DNA of 8,164 nt. Origin: Paraspadella gotoi. Taxonomy: Eukaryota; Animalia; Chaetognatha. The translations under genes were made by a program, and so were the position numbers. Under the pieces are notes generated by a model. That model saw only the letters and a program-made list of their open reading frames with translations. It was not told the DNA's origin and made no database searches. The stretch spans positions 1 through 8,164 of the forward strand of contig JBJCIZ010001545.1 of assembly GCA_051294375.1 (NCBI GenBank). Direction: 5' to 3'. Below, piece after piece: positions 8,085 through 8,164 of this stretch (position 1 is the stretch's first letter; every line of letters begins with the position of its first letter).

Positions 8085-8164
8085 ACATCATACACGGCAT
8101 TTGTTTGTTTAATTTACGAATGAATGAATGACATCTACAGCATCAATGAATGACTATCATCATG
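8011..8164 (+). repeat. Start of a second tandem copy of 7613-7800 (CT tract plus module C), truncated by the window end
   Basis: gaaaactgtccagcctctctc (8040) vs gaaaactgaccagcctctctc (7649); atacacggcatttgtttgttt (8090) vs atacacgcatttgtttgttt (7729); followed by the same minisatellite. Confidence 0.85.

Noticed and set aside
1-8164. Assignment to a specific organism
   Set aside because: The composition suggests an animal genome, but nothing in the sequence is diagnostic without a database search.

Overview
No intact gene, RNA gene, operon or CRISPR array is supportable here. The window reads as AT-rich, repeat-saturated eukaryotic (probably animal) non-coding DNA, and most track ORFs are translations of (GA)n/(CT)n microsatellites. 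From start to end: (1) a degenerate ~1 kb fold-back at ~45-1008 centred near 540; (2) a GC-richer stretch at ~1500-2350 with faint, frameshifted resemblance to the ORF1/ORF2 junction of a non-LTR retrotransposon; (3) five degenerate ~120-160 bp core repeats at 2391-3390 with a 481-bp higher-order period; (4) a composite repeat built from modules A, B, C and D separated by microsatellites, on the minus strand at ~3420-4620 and in the same module order on the plus strand at ~7415-8164, with partial copies at 5790-6860; (5) a GC hairpin and a (TTAA)n tract between the two orientations. Copies differ by many small indels, so either the repeats are old or the sequence is a noisy long-read product. 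I do not see convincing evidence of a new biological system; the best candidates are repeat architectures. All alignments were made by eye and boundaries are approximate.
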